NCBI GenBank assembly: GCA_001938485.1
Contig: MQRK01213769.1
Span: 19,888-83,887, forward strand
From: Girardia tigrina
Taxonomy: Eukaryota
Length of the DNA stretch: 64,000 nucleotides
Direction of reading: 5' to 3'
Part shown: positions 12,885-25,576 of the stretch, piece by piece
Position numbering within the stretch: position 1 is the first letter of the stretch
How the letters are laid out: the number at the start of each line of letters is the position of its first letter
Notes under the pieces: model-generated
Seen by the model: the letters and a program-made list of their open reading frames with translations, nothing else
Database searches by the model: none
Told to the model about the DNA's origin: nothing
Translations under genes and position numbers: made by a program

Positions 12885-13190
12885 TACTAGTCAATGTCAG
12901 CAGAATTTTATCACATAGAGAAAATCAACAAATCGATTTCCATAACATTAGCTGCGACGCATCCAACCGGATCACTAATCATTTATCGGGTTTTCAGGTT
13001 TAGTCGGTACTTGAAATTCGTCTCACATGGCACTCACGCCGACGAATTTCCATCAAACTACCGACACCTAAATCACTCTCATAGTGAGTTTCACCCGATG
13101 AATTTTTAGTAGCGGCCTAAACATGGAATCAACATTTGTTCAGCAAATCTCATGTTGATAATTTCAGTTAACACATTTTTACTGGTACAG
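12885..13190 (+). pseudogene. Decayed TRAF-like fragment (end of coiled coil + MATH beta1-beta3)
   Basis: SMSAEFYHIEKINKSISITLAATHPTGSLIIYRVFRFSRYLKFVSHG...EFHPMNF**RPKHGINIC; clear DNA paralog of 25228-25400. Confidence 0.55.
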
Positions 13191-13204
13191 AAATATACTT
13201 ATTA

Positions 13205-14125
13205 CTGATATGGGACTCCGGAAAACAATATAAAGAATGATTTCGATATGAAACAGATGTATGAATGTGTCAAGTACGTTATTCAATCATGTGAAATATG
13301 TCAGAAAATGAAGACTATGACAACAAAGTCAAAAGAACCCATCGTGAAACAAAGTGCAAACTATCCCTTCAAATCAATGTTTCTAGATTTGTGTGGTCCA
13401 TTTAAGCAAACATTTCAGAGAAAAAAAATATTTTTTGGCTATTATAGATCGGTTTAGCAGATTTATATCATTAAATGCAGTTGCTAAGCAAGATGAAGCT
13501 ACGACAATCAAAATACTTCTCAGGCACATGATTTTGAAATTTGGAGCACCACGTATAATTCACATGGATTGTGCTAAAACGTTTAAATCGTCGTGATGAA
13601 AGAGCTTGTGGAACATCATAAATAAAACTACAATTTTCTAGCTCTTATCACCATAGCGCTGATGGCATAATTGATAGAAAATTTAGAACCATAAGAGATT
13701 ATATAAATGCCACAAGACAAGATAAAATCGGTAAGAAATGGGTTGATATCTTACCAGAGGTACAATTTTCGTTGAATGCTACAACACATAAATCGATTAG
13801 AATGAGCCCGGCAGAAGCGATATTTGGATTTAAAATTAATAGACAGTGAAATAATTCATGGAGAACGGATAAAAATAGAGATGAAATTGTAAGCTTAGTT
13901 AAGAGGAATCAGGAAAAAAATAGTTATGATAATAGTAAAACTTGTCACAGAACATTCAATGTTGGAGATGAAGTGTTAGTCCAAATTGAAAGTCTTAATA
14001 ATAAGGACGTGAATCGTTATGATGCAATTAAAAAGCGATATGACAGGAGTTATGAAATTACAAATAATAAGGGAAAGACATTAATACGAAATGTTGAATG
14101 GCTTAAGCCTTTTAAGAGATGGAGA
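13205..14125 (+). mobile_element. Ty3/gypsy integrase remnant with polypurine tract
   Basis: YVIQSCEICQKMK, FLDLCGPF, LAIIDRFSRF, FGAPRIIHMD; ends RNVEWLKPF plus purine run aagagatggaga. Confidence 0.93.
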
Positions 14126-14420
14126 TGTGAGATAAGTTAATATTTGTAAATAATAAATATGAATAACTTATAATAAAATTTAATTAAACATGGTTCAAAA
14201 ACATTCACATATTTTAACTATCCTATTTTATAAATGCGATTTTTAAATAGACAATATTGTCGGAAATTGCGTGAAAATTAAAAATATTGTGTGTTAATAA
14301 ATTTTACTGGAAGTGACGTTTTATATCATCTTATAAGAAGTATTGCTAAATGTAAAAAAATAGAGATTAGGAAGTGTTGTCAAATCTCTATTTTTACTAT
14401 AAAATAAAAGTTGCCAACAA
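14126..14420 (+). mobile_element. Probable 3' LTR of the gypsy element (3' boundary uncertain)
   Basis: TG immediately after the PPT; TATAAAATAAAA then ...CCAACA near 14419. Confidence 0.5.
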
Positions 14421-15159
14421 AGCTAAACTAGCCCAACTCAATATATCAAGGAATTGCGTTAGGTTAATTTAGTGTTCGAGAAAATAAAACAATTATATCA
14501 AGAGAAAAATAACGATCAACGAAAAAACTCTTTTAATTCAACACAAAAAATTACATACAAGAGAGAGAGAAGGGCACGGATAAATCTCAATTTCGATTTG
14601 TGTTTATTGTTCAAAGGTTTCAAAGGAACGATCTTCGGTTGTAACAATATCGATAGAAACGTCAAAGAATCATTCGGTTGCGCAACGAGATTTTGAGGAA
14701 ATAGATTATATGAAGAGATACACCTTCAGTGGGGAATATTGATAAATTGGTTTGCGGAAAATTCCTTTACGAACCGATTTTACAGAAAAATGCTTGGTAG
14801 GTAGTATAATATAATTGTAATCAGTAATAATAATGTATATAAAATTTTCGAGCAATATTTAATATTGTTATATTATTCATATACACACATATAATAAATA
14901 TAATATTAATATATGTACTTTTAAAACTTTTTCCTTCTTACGACTTTCTAAAATTGCATATCTTCTATTTCTATCTTTATAATTTGGATCACTGAACAAT
15001 CTCAATATGACTACTATAAAAGAATAACAAAAATCACACTTGAAATAAGCAATCATTCGGTGATACCATCAACAACAAAAAACTGACAAATCAAACACGA
15101 ATGAGTTACAAAAACACTCTAAATCAAACACAAAAATCAAAGAACATGCAAATAAAATA

Positions 15160-15410
15160 ATCTCGCAGTGTCAGTAAGTAGGACACTACATACTGAACAT
15201 AGAAAAACCTGTAAATGCGGTATTAATACGTATAATTTTAAGATTCTGTGTGAGCATTTTAATAGTTATTGGAAGATAGTGTCGTGCTAAGCCCTGTTTA
15301 TTCATTCTTTTTGTCCTAAAACTAATATTCAATCGGCAGTCTCAACCAGTTTATTTTTGCATTTATATACAAGTGAATTATATTATTAATCAGTGACCTA
15401 AAGATGACGG
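15160..15410 (+). mobile_element. Degenerate PLE GIY-YIG 3' fragment with truncated hammerhead
   Basis: Aligns with 950-1215 (ttttaagattctg..., attggaagatagtgtcgtg, ctcaaccagttt, gtgacctaaagatgacggt). Confidence 0.7.
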
Positions 15411-15961
15411 TCTAAGGTGATTACGCTTTGATCCGTATTGCTATTAAATATGAAAATTGTTAGTAATTATTTATTTTAATAATAATATCAACATTTCATT
15501 TGTATAGAGTTAGTATTATGGTTAGGTTTATGGTTATAGGTTAGGGGTTAAAGTTAGGGCTTAGGTTAATACTTTAATAATTAACGCTCAATCATTATCT
15601 TCTTAGAATACTAATTAGTTAATATTTTTGAAAGATTTCAAATGTGTAAATCGATAAAGGTTACTAGAAGAACGTGAGAAAAGACTGAATGCAGATAGAC
15701 AATTTCGATATAGAGAATGTCAGAAAGAAAATACTGAAGAGATTCAAAAACTAAAATAAATTTCATCGGATGAATGAAACTAAAAATTGCTTAATTTTAA
15801 TATTAAATTTAAATATGTTCGTTGAACGTGTTGTAAAATAAATTTTTTCCGTTGTTTTTTTATTCTAGAATATTAAGATTAAATATATTTTAAAATTTAA
15901 AATTAAAAATTTATAAATAAAAATTTAGCTGTACCGTTTTGCATGATGTGTTCTTTTCTAG
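15411..15961 (+). mobile_element. Non-autonomous Helitron-like remnant
   Basis: Degenerate TTAGGG run 15515-15568; EEREKRLNADRQ...ENTEE repeat-like peptide; 3' end with imperfect hairpin then CTAG|T at 15958-15962. Confidence 0.5.
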
Positions 15962-18423
15962 TAATTTTATTATTTTCTGAAATATTAAAATTTATTTCTT
16001 TTCCATTTTTATAATTTTTTATGTTTAATTTTTAATAAAATATTATTAATAATGTCTTATAAATAATAGAAAAGATAAATTATTTTCCATATTTATATTT
16101 AACAAATTATAATTTATATAAAACGATATTGACTATAAAAGAATACAAAAGAAAGTTTATATTTTCCTATATTCGTTATCATTGGCTGTTAGAAATGAAT
16201 TTCCAAAGCAGTAAAACAAATGAAATACATTTTAAACAATACATTAAAAATAAAATCAGATGGTCTTCATCATTTTTTATAAAAGAAATTTCATTTGCAT
16301 TCCTTCATTTTATTTATTTTGTATTGATAAATAATGCCAAAATTGCATAAAAACAAAAACAATAAGAAGGTTTCAAAGCTGAAATATTGCTCTTCAAAAC
16401 GGTAAGAAAATATTTAATTATTATATCGTTTACCAAAAATATAATTTTATATAAATATTTTGTATATTATATTTTTTATTCGTTTAACCAATTAGTTATT
16501 ATTAATGGTTTTATGTATTATAAATATTGTTTTTAATCCAAAATCATTTTTTTCAACGAAAATTATTTTATAATTTTTTTTGCATTTTCAAAATTGTTTA
16601 ATTTTTTAAAATTTTTTTAATTTAATGATGTTTTTCCTTTTCACAATTTATACATTTAAATTTTCGATAATAATTTACAATTTATAAAGTCAATCATTTT
16701 ATATTTTAAATATATTACTAATAAAAATATGTTTAAAATAAATAAAGAAATATAATAATTAAAATTTTTCAAAAGAAAAAAAATTATAAATAGACTAACA
16801 ATTTTTTTTATATAAAACTGAAAAAGTTTGAATAAAATTTTATTATCTAGTTAATGTGATATGGTAATAAAACTTTATATTCTTTTTTTCCTACCCCAAA
16901 ACTTCATAGTAAGTTTACCATACCAACAATAATTGTACCGTTTAATAGATCTTCTCGAAAAGAAGAGGCAAAGTTATTTTTCTTAACTAACATGTTGTCA
17001 AATAAAATAATTTTTTGATTCCCAAAGGGATTTTTAAACATTTTAAACAAAAGCTGATTGATAACCATATAAATAATTAAAATTCCTAATAAATTTTAAA
17101 AGAAAAGACTTTTGACAAAATATATATTTATTCAGTTTATAAATTGAATTTTCGTCTTATTTTCAAGAGGAAAAATAATTCGATAAAATATTATTTTAGT
17201 ACTTATTATTTATTTTCTATTAAATAGAAAAATATGTAAAACATTAAAAAGAATGATAAAAATAAAAATTAAAACTAAAAATATATAAATTTATCTCCGA
17301 GTCAACAGTTGACATATTTTTATAAAATATTTTCTGAAAAAAGAATTTATTATATTATATTATATTATCATTGAGAGTCAAACCGAGGAAGAATAATTGA
17401 AACACAATTAAATTCTTATCAGTAGAAAATTAAATTAGTAAAATATAAATTTGAGGCTTATACGAGTCACTTTTGGCAGATAATAAAGAATGATTGATAA
17501 GTTATGACCACTAATTTATAATCCTTTTTGGAAAGTTTTGCCATTGATTTGGGTGGCTTCTGTGTCTGGCTCTCGACTCAAATGAGGTTTGTAATTGAAT
17601 TAAGAAATCGAAGGATAATAAATAAATAACCAAATAATTTTTCAAAACAAATCAAACTATTCAACCAAACATTGAAGATTTTTAATTTGTTTCGGTCTAA
17701 TAAGTGTAAAACGAAACTGATGATTTAATTTATAATTTCAATACATAAAGGATAAATTTCACGCTTTAATAATGTATAAAAATTGTTAGTATTTTTTAAA
17801 AAAAACAAACCAAGGTATTGGGACTTTTTATAGGGTAGCAATCAAAATCATAATTAATTAATTAATAATTAATTAACTTAATAATCAGGAAATTAATTAT
17901 CTATTTAAACGAATTTCTTATTTGTTTTTTGTAGTGTATTTTTTGGTAGATTTATTTTCTTTCATAATGTTTAAATTTTTTATGTTTCATAAATTACTTT
18001 ACAATTAGGGTTTTTAAATATTCAAAAGTATTATATAAACCAAGCAATATTGTACAGGAAAGTATTAAAAACAATTTTAAAATTCAATTAACTGCTGTAA
18101 AGAAATTCTTTTTTTTGTAATGTTAAAATGTTTTATGTTTTAAAATTCACCAGCTTTATGCAATTTTTGTTATCATATGGATAAATTGCGTTTAAATACA
18201 CTAATCTTGATAGAGATAAACGTTTCACTAAGCTTGATCCTTAAAATGCTTCACGAAAAATTGACATTGCGAACTCCTCTGGATTTTCCAGAGGTTTTTA
18301 TTTTCTACTCCAAAAAATACCCTTTCTAAATACAAGACTATAAAGTCAAATCTTTTTAACAATTTAAGTTTCTACTTGCAAAAGAATATTTAGAAAGTTA
18401 AAATTAATTCTCTTATATCTCCT

Positions 18424-18523
18424 GTGAGGAATATTTGGAAAGTTGATATTTTGTGTAGTGTTTGCATGTATAAATGTTGTGTGTTGATTTGGGATTGTGC
18501 CTCTCCTAATCAGATGGATGATT
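18424..18523 (+). repeat. Bipartite conserved motif copy 1 (GTGAGGAATATTT...TCTCCTAATCAG|ATG)
   Basis: Homologous to the reverse complements of 35176-35259, 48205-48292 and 60327-60392. Confidence 0.75.
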
Positions 18524-19189
18524 AATACTTTTATTCTTATAATCTGAAACTAATTAATCAAATTTAGATTTAATATTAAAATTTTTAATTTTATTATTGT
18601 AAATTTAAAATAATTTTACTAAATTAATTTTTGTAAAATTTGTAAATAATTAAATCAAATCAATATTTTTAAATGATAAATACTATTTTTATTTTAACCA
18701 ATAACATTTGTAGTAAATCTTTTAAATGAAATATATAATGTCAAGTTAGTTCACATTTTGGATGATAAATATTAAACTTCCAACATCAATGCAGTAGTAT
18801 AAATTAAAACATTTTTAATCTACACATAATGTACTTTTTACATCGTTGATGTTTTCTATGAAACACCTATCAGTTAGCAATTTTAAAATTTTGTTTTCAA
18901 ATTTTCGATGTCGAATTAAATGCAAAAACCAAAACTCAATTCACCTTTTAAAAATTTTATTATTATTTCAATTACAAATTATTACAATTGATGCAGTAAA
19001 ACAATACTGCACTTTTTTCAATATATATATTTTTTAGAGAAAAATTTAGAATTTATTCAATAATAAGTTTTAAATTTTTTTTATGATTCATCAAATTTCA
19101 AAACAAAATGTCAGATAATGATAAAAACTTAAATTTTTATACACACAAATGTTTTTAATTAATCGATTCATTAATTTGAATCTTCCATT

Positions 19190-21060
19190 TCTTCCCCGCA
19201 TGAAGCAATTAACTATCATAATTGTCCTGACTCTGTTGACCTTCTAATCTGGAAATCTCTTCATCTCGTTCGTTAAATTCTTTTTCAGGAACATTGTCGT
19301 TCTGATGATCAATTTTACATATTTGCTGAATTGCTCGTCTTTTCAGTATCCCATCGATTTCGATATCTACCACTCTACATCTGTTATCAGGTCCCAGAAT
19401 CATCTTCTTTACTACTCCCACAGACCATCTTTTATTATTATCACCCGATTCTAAAAACCATACCAAATCTCCCTCTTTTAGATCTCGGTTTTCTTTTAAC
19501 CATTTACTTCTGTTCCTCCATTCCATGATTAATTCCCTTTTTCATCTGTTCCAAAATTGAATAGTTAGATTCTGAGCGTGCTTCCATCTGGAGTTTACAT
19601 TTCCTTTTTCTGATCCTGACATCATAGAATTACAATTTCCTTGGTAACCAGTAATGATAAAATGATTTGGTGTAAGTATCGCATTGTCTCTAGGATCTTC
19701 CATGGATCTCGTTAACGGTCTAGAATTAACGATCCCTTCTATTTATATTAAGATTGTTTCCAATTCCTCATCAGTAACTTCAGCCGTACCGAGTATGGTG
19801 TATAGCGCGTTTTTGATTGTTTTCACCATAGACTCAAAAATTCCTCCAAAATGAGGTGCCCTCGGAGAATTAAAGATCCATCTAATTTCTCCATAATTTA
19901 ATACCTTTAAAGCCTTGTAAGTATCTTGTTTAATCTTTACTATTTCGCCATTTATTCCTCGAAAGTTTCTTCCGTTATCCGAAATTATCATAGATGGTCT
20001 CCCTCTTCTGGCAATAAATCTTTTTAACGCTCTTATAATATCATTAATTTCCAGCTTTTTTGTTATCTCCAAATGTACCCATCTACATTGAATGCAAGTA
20101 ATTAAAAAAATATGTCGTCTTCGCTCTTTTCTGTCCTTGTTTCATAAGGATCGGACCAACGAAATCAATTCCGATTTTAACGAACGCTTTCAACGTTTTA
20201 TAAAGACGGAACTCTGGAATTTCTCCCATTTGTTGGCAGATTTCTTTCGCATTTCTTCTCGAACAAATTCACAATTTTTTTGGTAATTTTTTATAGTTTT
20301 TCGCATTTTTGGGAACCAAAATCTTGCGGAAAATTTGCAATATTATTGATATTATTGCTTATTAATATTATTGCTCTTCTGTCTCAACTGATATCAAACA
20401 GTCATCCATATACGTTGATTCCAAAATTGCTTTTGCCGCTTCTGGCAATGATTTCATATGTCTTTCCGCGTTTATTTTACTAATTAATTGTGCGAAAAAT
20501 AGGGACGCATTAATTCCAAACACTAACCTGTTAAATTCATATTTCACTAACTTTTTATTCTTTCTCCACAAAAATCACATGTACCGTCTGTCTGTTTCTT
20601 TAATTTTTATCAGGAGAAACATCTTTACAATATTGCACGATAAAGCAATATTGAATCTTCAAAATCTAAGTAAAATCTCAAACAGGTCTGTTTGTAATTT
20701 CGGTCATTGATGAATCTTGTCATTCAGACAAATTCCTTGCCATTTAGCGGCTGCATCGAAAACCATTCTAACTTTGGTGATTTCTTTCTGTCTTCTTACT
20801 ACTGGGAAATGCGGAAGAAGCCACTCTTTCTCTTGAGTTAATTCATGTATATATCCCTTACTGACATATTCTTTTACTATATTATCGTATTCATTCTTCA
20901 GACCGACGTCCATATCAAGTCTTCTCAGCAGAAAATTTAGTCTTTTCTCAGCTGACCTTTGGTTGTTCTGTGGCTTTAAATTTGCCTCCTTTCATGGAAT
21001 TCATTCATTATTCTCTGATCTAGAAATAATAGCTTCCAACAATCCTACGAAATATTCTAG
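19190..21060 (-). mobile_element. BEL/Pao LTR retrotransposon pol remnant (RT, integrase), internally deleted
   Basis: LPHFPVVRRQKEITKVRMVFDAAAK, TYMDDCL, RFIARRGRPSMIISDNGRNF, PRAPHFGGIFESMVK, GPDNRCRVVDI. Confidence 0.95.
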
Positions 21061-21599
21061 GTCCTTTGTTCGATAATTTTGTATCGTGTTCTGTTACTTA
21101 ATTATCTTTTATAAATAAAAGATTTAAAATAAATACTTGAGGTTAGATTCAGTTCTACATAACTATAGTCTCGGTAATTGAAGCCGCACATCGACAACCA
21201 AAACTCGATTGCGATTTCAATATTTATAAAAAAGTATAAATATAAAAATAAATCTAAAATGTTACCAACAAACTTTTAAGATCGATAAGAAAAAACATAT
21301 TTAAGTAAACTCAATGTAAAAAAGAAAATGTTTAAAATAACCGTGTTATTTAAAAATCTTGCAACAAAAACCGCATAAAAATTAGAGTAAAATGTCTTCA
21401 ATGTGATTAAATTTAATAAATTTATTAGGTAATTTACTTGTTTAAATAGAAGACCATTATGATTTAAGATCATACGTTACATTTCTATTTATTTTTAAGG
21501 CTTCGTATAACGAGCTAATGTTGCATATTCTCATTAAGGTTGGTCTAAAGTAAATAAATAAATTAATGATATACAAATTATGAAGATCCTTCTTTTTCC

Positions 21600-22250
21600 A
21601 GACCGTTTCACCCTGCTTTCTTTTACCCTGATTTTTTTACCCTTCTTGTTTTGATCCAGACATTTTGACCCTTGTTTTAATACTAATTTAATACTAATTA
21701 TTTTTTTATTTTAGCTAGTTTTGACACCCATTTTTTGTTTATTGTGTAAATCGGTTTTCGTTGGAATACTTTAGAAAAATGTCTTTTCAAATTTTTAGAT
21801 TTTTTTCATTCATCTGACCTAGAACAAGATTAGAATGAGATTGTTGTTTTCCTTTTTCATATCGCAAATTTATTAAAAAAATATACTATTAAATGAAGTC
21901 TATAAATAATAAATGTATGGTTTTCACTTTTCTCAAGTTTATATAAAATATATTGAAACGAATGTTATATTTTCAAAGTAGTCTTTTAAAAACCAATTTT
22001 TATTATAAAAGGAAAAAAAATGATAAATAAATCAACATATAAATAAAATGAATAAATAAATAAATAAAAATTTAACAAACATATAGGTTTAAAACCATTA
22101 AAAATCAATATACTCATAACATCGAATTTAGCAAATGGGGTCAAAACCATCTAAATTAAAAAAATAATTAAATTAAACTAAATTTAGGTCAAAACGGCTT
22201 GCGCAAATCAAATGAAATCAAAGCAAATTTGGGTCAATATAAATCAGGTT
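21600..22250. mobile_element. Degenerate foldback/MITE with TTGACCC-type subterminal repeats
   Basis: Left arm ttttaccc/ttttgaccc repeats mirrored by ggggtcaaaa/gggtcaa repeats; 21700-21735 inverted to 22132-22165. Confidence 0.5.
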
Positions 22251-22264
22251 CAATACAATATATA

Positions 22265-22875
22265 CCATGCTGACCATAATATAACAGTGTTTTGGAAAAA
22301 GTATTGTTTTGGTGAAAGGCAGGTAAAGACTCACATTTGATGATATAATTTTTGCACAAAATAAGGTGTATACAACAACATAAGGTGGCAACAGTAAGGT
22401 ATATATAAACAACAATTCCAATAATTAACATGTTAATATTTTGTAGGGCTACCTTTGACAGCAATCACAGCAGCAATGGCTACAGGAAAACCAGGTGGAG
22501 GTTCTTGGCCCCTAGCGTGGTAGTTCACTTGACCTTAATCTTATAGCGAACTGCTGGTCGATACTCAAAAAGAAGGTATCTGCTTTGCGACTGACATCTA
22601 GGAACGATTTTTAAAGAAAAAATCCCCGATGTATGGTGCAGCGAAATCACACCTGAGTATTGTCTGGTATTGCTGAATTCCATGCCAAATTATTTGGCTG
22701 TGATTGCTGCCAAAGGGGGCCCTACAAAATATTTACATGTTAAAGGTTGGAATTGTTGTTTATTGTTGTATATGCACTATTTTGTGCAAAAATTATAACA
22801 TCAAATGCGAGTCTTTACCTGTCTTTCACAAAAACAATACTTTTACCAAAAAACGTAATATTATGGTCAGCATGG
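22265..22875 (+). mobile_element. Tc1-derived foldback element made of two 3' ends
   Basis: TA|CCATGCTGACCATAAT ... ATTATGGTCAGCATGG|TA; ~200-bp inverted arms include the ORF end AVIAAKGGPTKY; spacer encodes the Tc1 C-terminus WLQENQVEVL..SSLDLNLIANCWSILKKKV. Confidence 0.9.
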
Positions 22876-23903
22876 TAATAATTCAGGACCTGCTTTATTG
22901 AATAATAATATTAATGGAGCATGATGTATTGATGATGTATTTATTACATTTTTTTCGAAATTCAATCGATATTTTTAGATGTTGGGTAAAACCTGACACT
23001 TGAACCATGCATATTCCATGATTTTATTTAAGATGATCTCTTCAGTTTTATTATAATTAAATTGATGACTTGACAGTTATTATAACTTCCATTTTTTAGT
23101 TGTAGAAGTCTTTGCGTTTACGATTTCAGTTTTTATCGGAGCATATAATTTGATTATTTTTTTAAAGGTTGAACGACTTTAACTCACCTGTACAATAAAA
23201 AGAACGGTTAATGTCAAGAATCTATTAGAAAACAGTTGTAAAATTTTAACTCCAACTCTCAATAGGCATTTTAAGTAAGCTTTATTAGAAACATAATTAA
23301 TATTGAAAACCTGTCGTTAAAGTACTTCAACTTGAATTTCCAGGAATAAAAGATTAAAATTCAGCTGTTTCTTAGTATTTCTTAAATTCTCATACAATGT
23401 TATAGATTGAAATCAAGAAATAATTATAAAAATATAAAATAAATATACAGAAAATATAATAATGAGATTTATTTGCAAGTAAAAAAATTTATTTTTTACA
23501 TTTAATTAGTTCGAAAGAAAGGTTTTATCATTATAAAAATGTCAGTAAGTTAAAACAAAAAAATATTATTCTCATAAATGAATTCAGAAAGTGGTGACCA
23601 ATTCAATGAAGACTTTATATTGACATTCATAAGTCAAGGCCACTGTCACGAAAATACACAATGAATACAAATTTGGACTTTTTTCATTTCTTTGTTTTAA
23701 TTGCTTTTATATCACAATAGCTTCCCATTAAATTATTTTCAACAAAATTTATTTTTTAATTATTATTCTTAATTTTTAATTATAACAATATTGCGATTTT
23801 TGAATTAAATAATTATTTTAATAATACAAAAAATTAAAAAATAATGGCAACTTATTTTTAAAAACAAAAAAAATTACGCCATTTGTTAAATATTTTTTAT
23901 TTT

Positions 23904-23950
23904 TTAAGACAATTAATTTCGACGATATAACCGTCATCGTCATTACGCAA
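23904..23950 (-). ncRNA. Hammerhead ribozyme, mutated core (ATGACGA)
   Basis: atgacga t gacgg-ttata-tcgtc GAAA ttaa TT gtcttaa. Confidence 0.65.
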
Positions 23951-24738
23951 GAAAAAACAAAGAATTTTAAATCTGCTTATATAGGCAAGCAGTGATTATA
24001 TCATCAATGGATTATTATGTCATCTAAACAATCTCAATAGGATTTTCGAGAGACCCGTTTGCACATTTAAAATAGTTTTTAAAACGAGTACACAGAATTT
24101 TAAAATCATTTATGTTTATGTTTTCGTTCGACTTACAACCCTTTCTGTGTTCTGCAATATTACTCCCACATAAATTCCGACCATGTTCTTGGATTCTCCT
24201 ACAGAGATGACGGGACGTCTCTCCAATGTATGTGGCATTACACCAATTACATGCAAATTTATATACGAGATCCAAACATAATCCAAATGAGGTTGGAGAT
24301 TTATTACAAAATACATTTTGGATTTTATATGTTTGTGAAATTATTTTTAAATTAAAGGCATTATTTACACATTTTAAAATTGAACGTTTAAATTGACCAA
24401 ATCCCTCTGAATATGGAATGCTTAAAACGTATTTTAAAGTTGTTGATTCTTCTTTATCATTTTAATCGGTTTATTAATTAATTTATCAATTGTTTCTTTG
24501 GTCAATTTCTCAACAATTGATTTTGAATAATTTACTTAATTGGTTAATGCTATCACAACTTTTGTATAAGTTGATGATAGTGCCCAAGATTGAAAAATTA
24601 GTCCTCTAATCATAAAAAAGATTAATGTGCAAGCAGGTCTCTCAAAAATCCTATTGAGCGTGTTTAGATGACATAATAACCCAATGATGACATAATCACT
24701 GCTTGCATATATAAGCAGATTTAAAATTCATTTTTTTC

Positions 24739-24785
24739 TTGAGACCTGACTATGACGGTTATTCCGTCGAAATTAATTTCCTTGA
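24739..24785 (+). ncRNA. Hammerhead ribozyme, mutated core (CTGACTA)
   Basis: ttgagac ctgacta t gacgg-ttatt-ccgtc GAAA ttaa tt. Confidence 0.65.
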
Positions 24786-24880
24786 AAAATAAATGTCTAT
24801 TTAACAAATGGCGTATTTTTGATTTTAATAATAATATTTATTATTATTATTATTGTAGTAGCCTTACTACCTCTCTATCT

Positions 24881-24919
<39 letters not shown>

Positions 24920-25037
24920 CTGGAATTAAATGCCATTTTTCCACTTTTTTCACAATTTCAAATGGATGGAATAATTTAATTCTAATTTCAATGTATCTTT
25001 TATGGCAATAAAAACCGGTTCTTGTAGCATTCCATAA

Positions 25038-25530
25038 ATGAAAATAGTCAATCCAGCTTATGAAACTCGATACAAGAATTTCTACTCCAAACTTCTCAGC
25101 AATTCGAATATGTTTACCGGCGAGAATTATGCCGTACGTAATGGTGACTCTAAAGTTTCAAGTTTGACAAATATTGAAATCGCTATCGACTCAAAATCAG
25201 TACTTAATATAAGTGTTCTGAACAAATCGATGTCCGCTGATTTGTGTCACGTAGAGAAATTCAACAAAGTGATTTCCACATGTTATCTGTGACGCATCCA
25301 ACCGGATCACTAATCATTTGTCGAGTTACCTGGATTAGCTGGAACTGGAAATTCTTTTCATTGAGCACTCTAGGCGACGACTTTCCATCACACTACCGAA
25401 TGATTTAACAATCGACTATAACAACCGGATGTTTTTTGTTCTGATTAATAAATATTCCTTATCTTTTTATATCCAGTTATTTAATAAAGTTAATAGAAAA
25501 AGAAAATACATTTAATTTCGCTTTCCATTA
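25038..25530 (+). pseudogene. Decayed TRAF-like fragment (coiled coil + MATH)
   Basis: NISVLNKSMSADLCHVEKFNKVIS(fs)MLSVTHPTGSLIICRVTWISWNWK...(fs)RMFFVLINKYSLSFYIQL; paralog of 12885-13190; NI..LNK...DL shared with 40.15 kb. Confidence 0.55.
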
Positions 25531-25534
25531 CAAC

Positions 25535-25576
<42 letters not shown>

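Larger units (their letters stand above)
23866..24825 (-). mobile_element. 5'-truncated PLE (GIY-YIG) with inverted pLTR pair
   Basis: VYKFACNWCNATYIGETSRHLCRRIQEH on minus; 23866-24067 inverted to 24625-24825. Confidence 0.92.

Noticed and set aside
15515-15568. Interstitial telomere (TTAGGG-like run; also 43320-43365)
   Set aside because: Short, degenerate and internal to Helitron-like and hAT elements.
22218-22901. Duplicated small Cys-rich/hydrophobic proteins on opposite strands
   Set aside because: They are translations of the inverted Tc1 arms.
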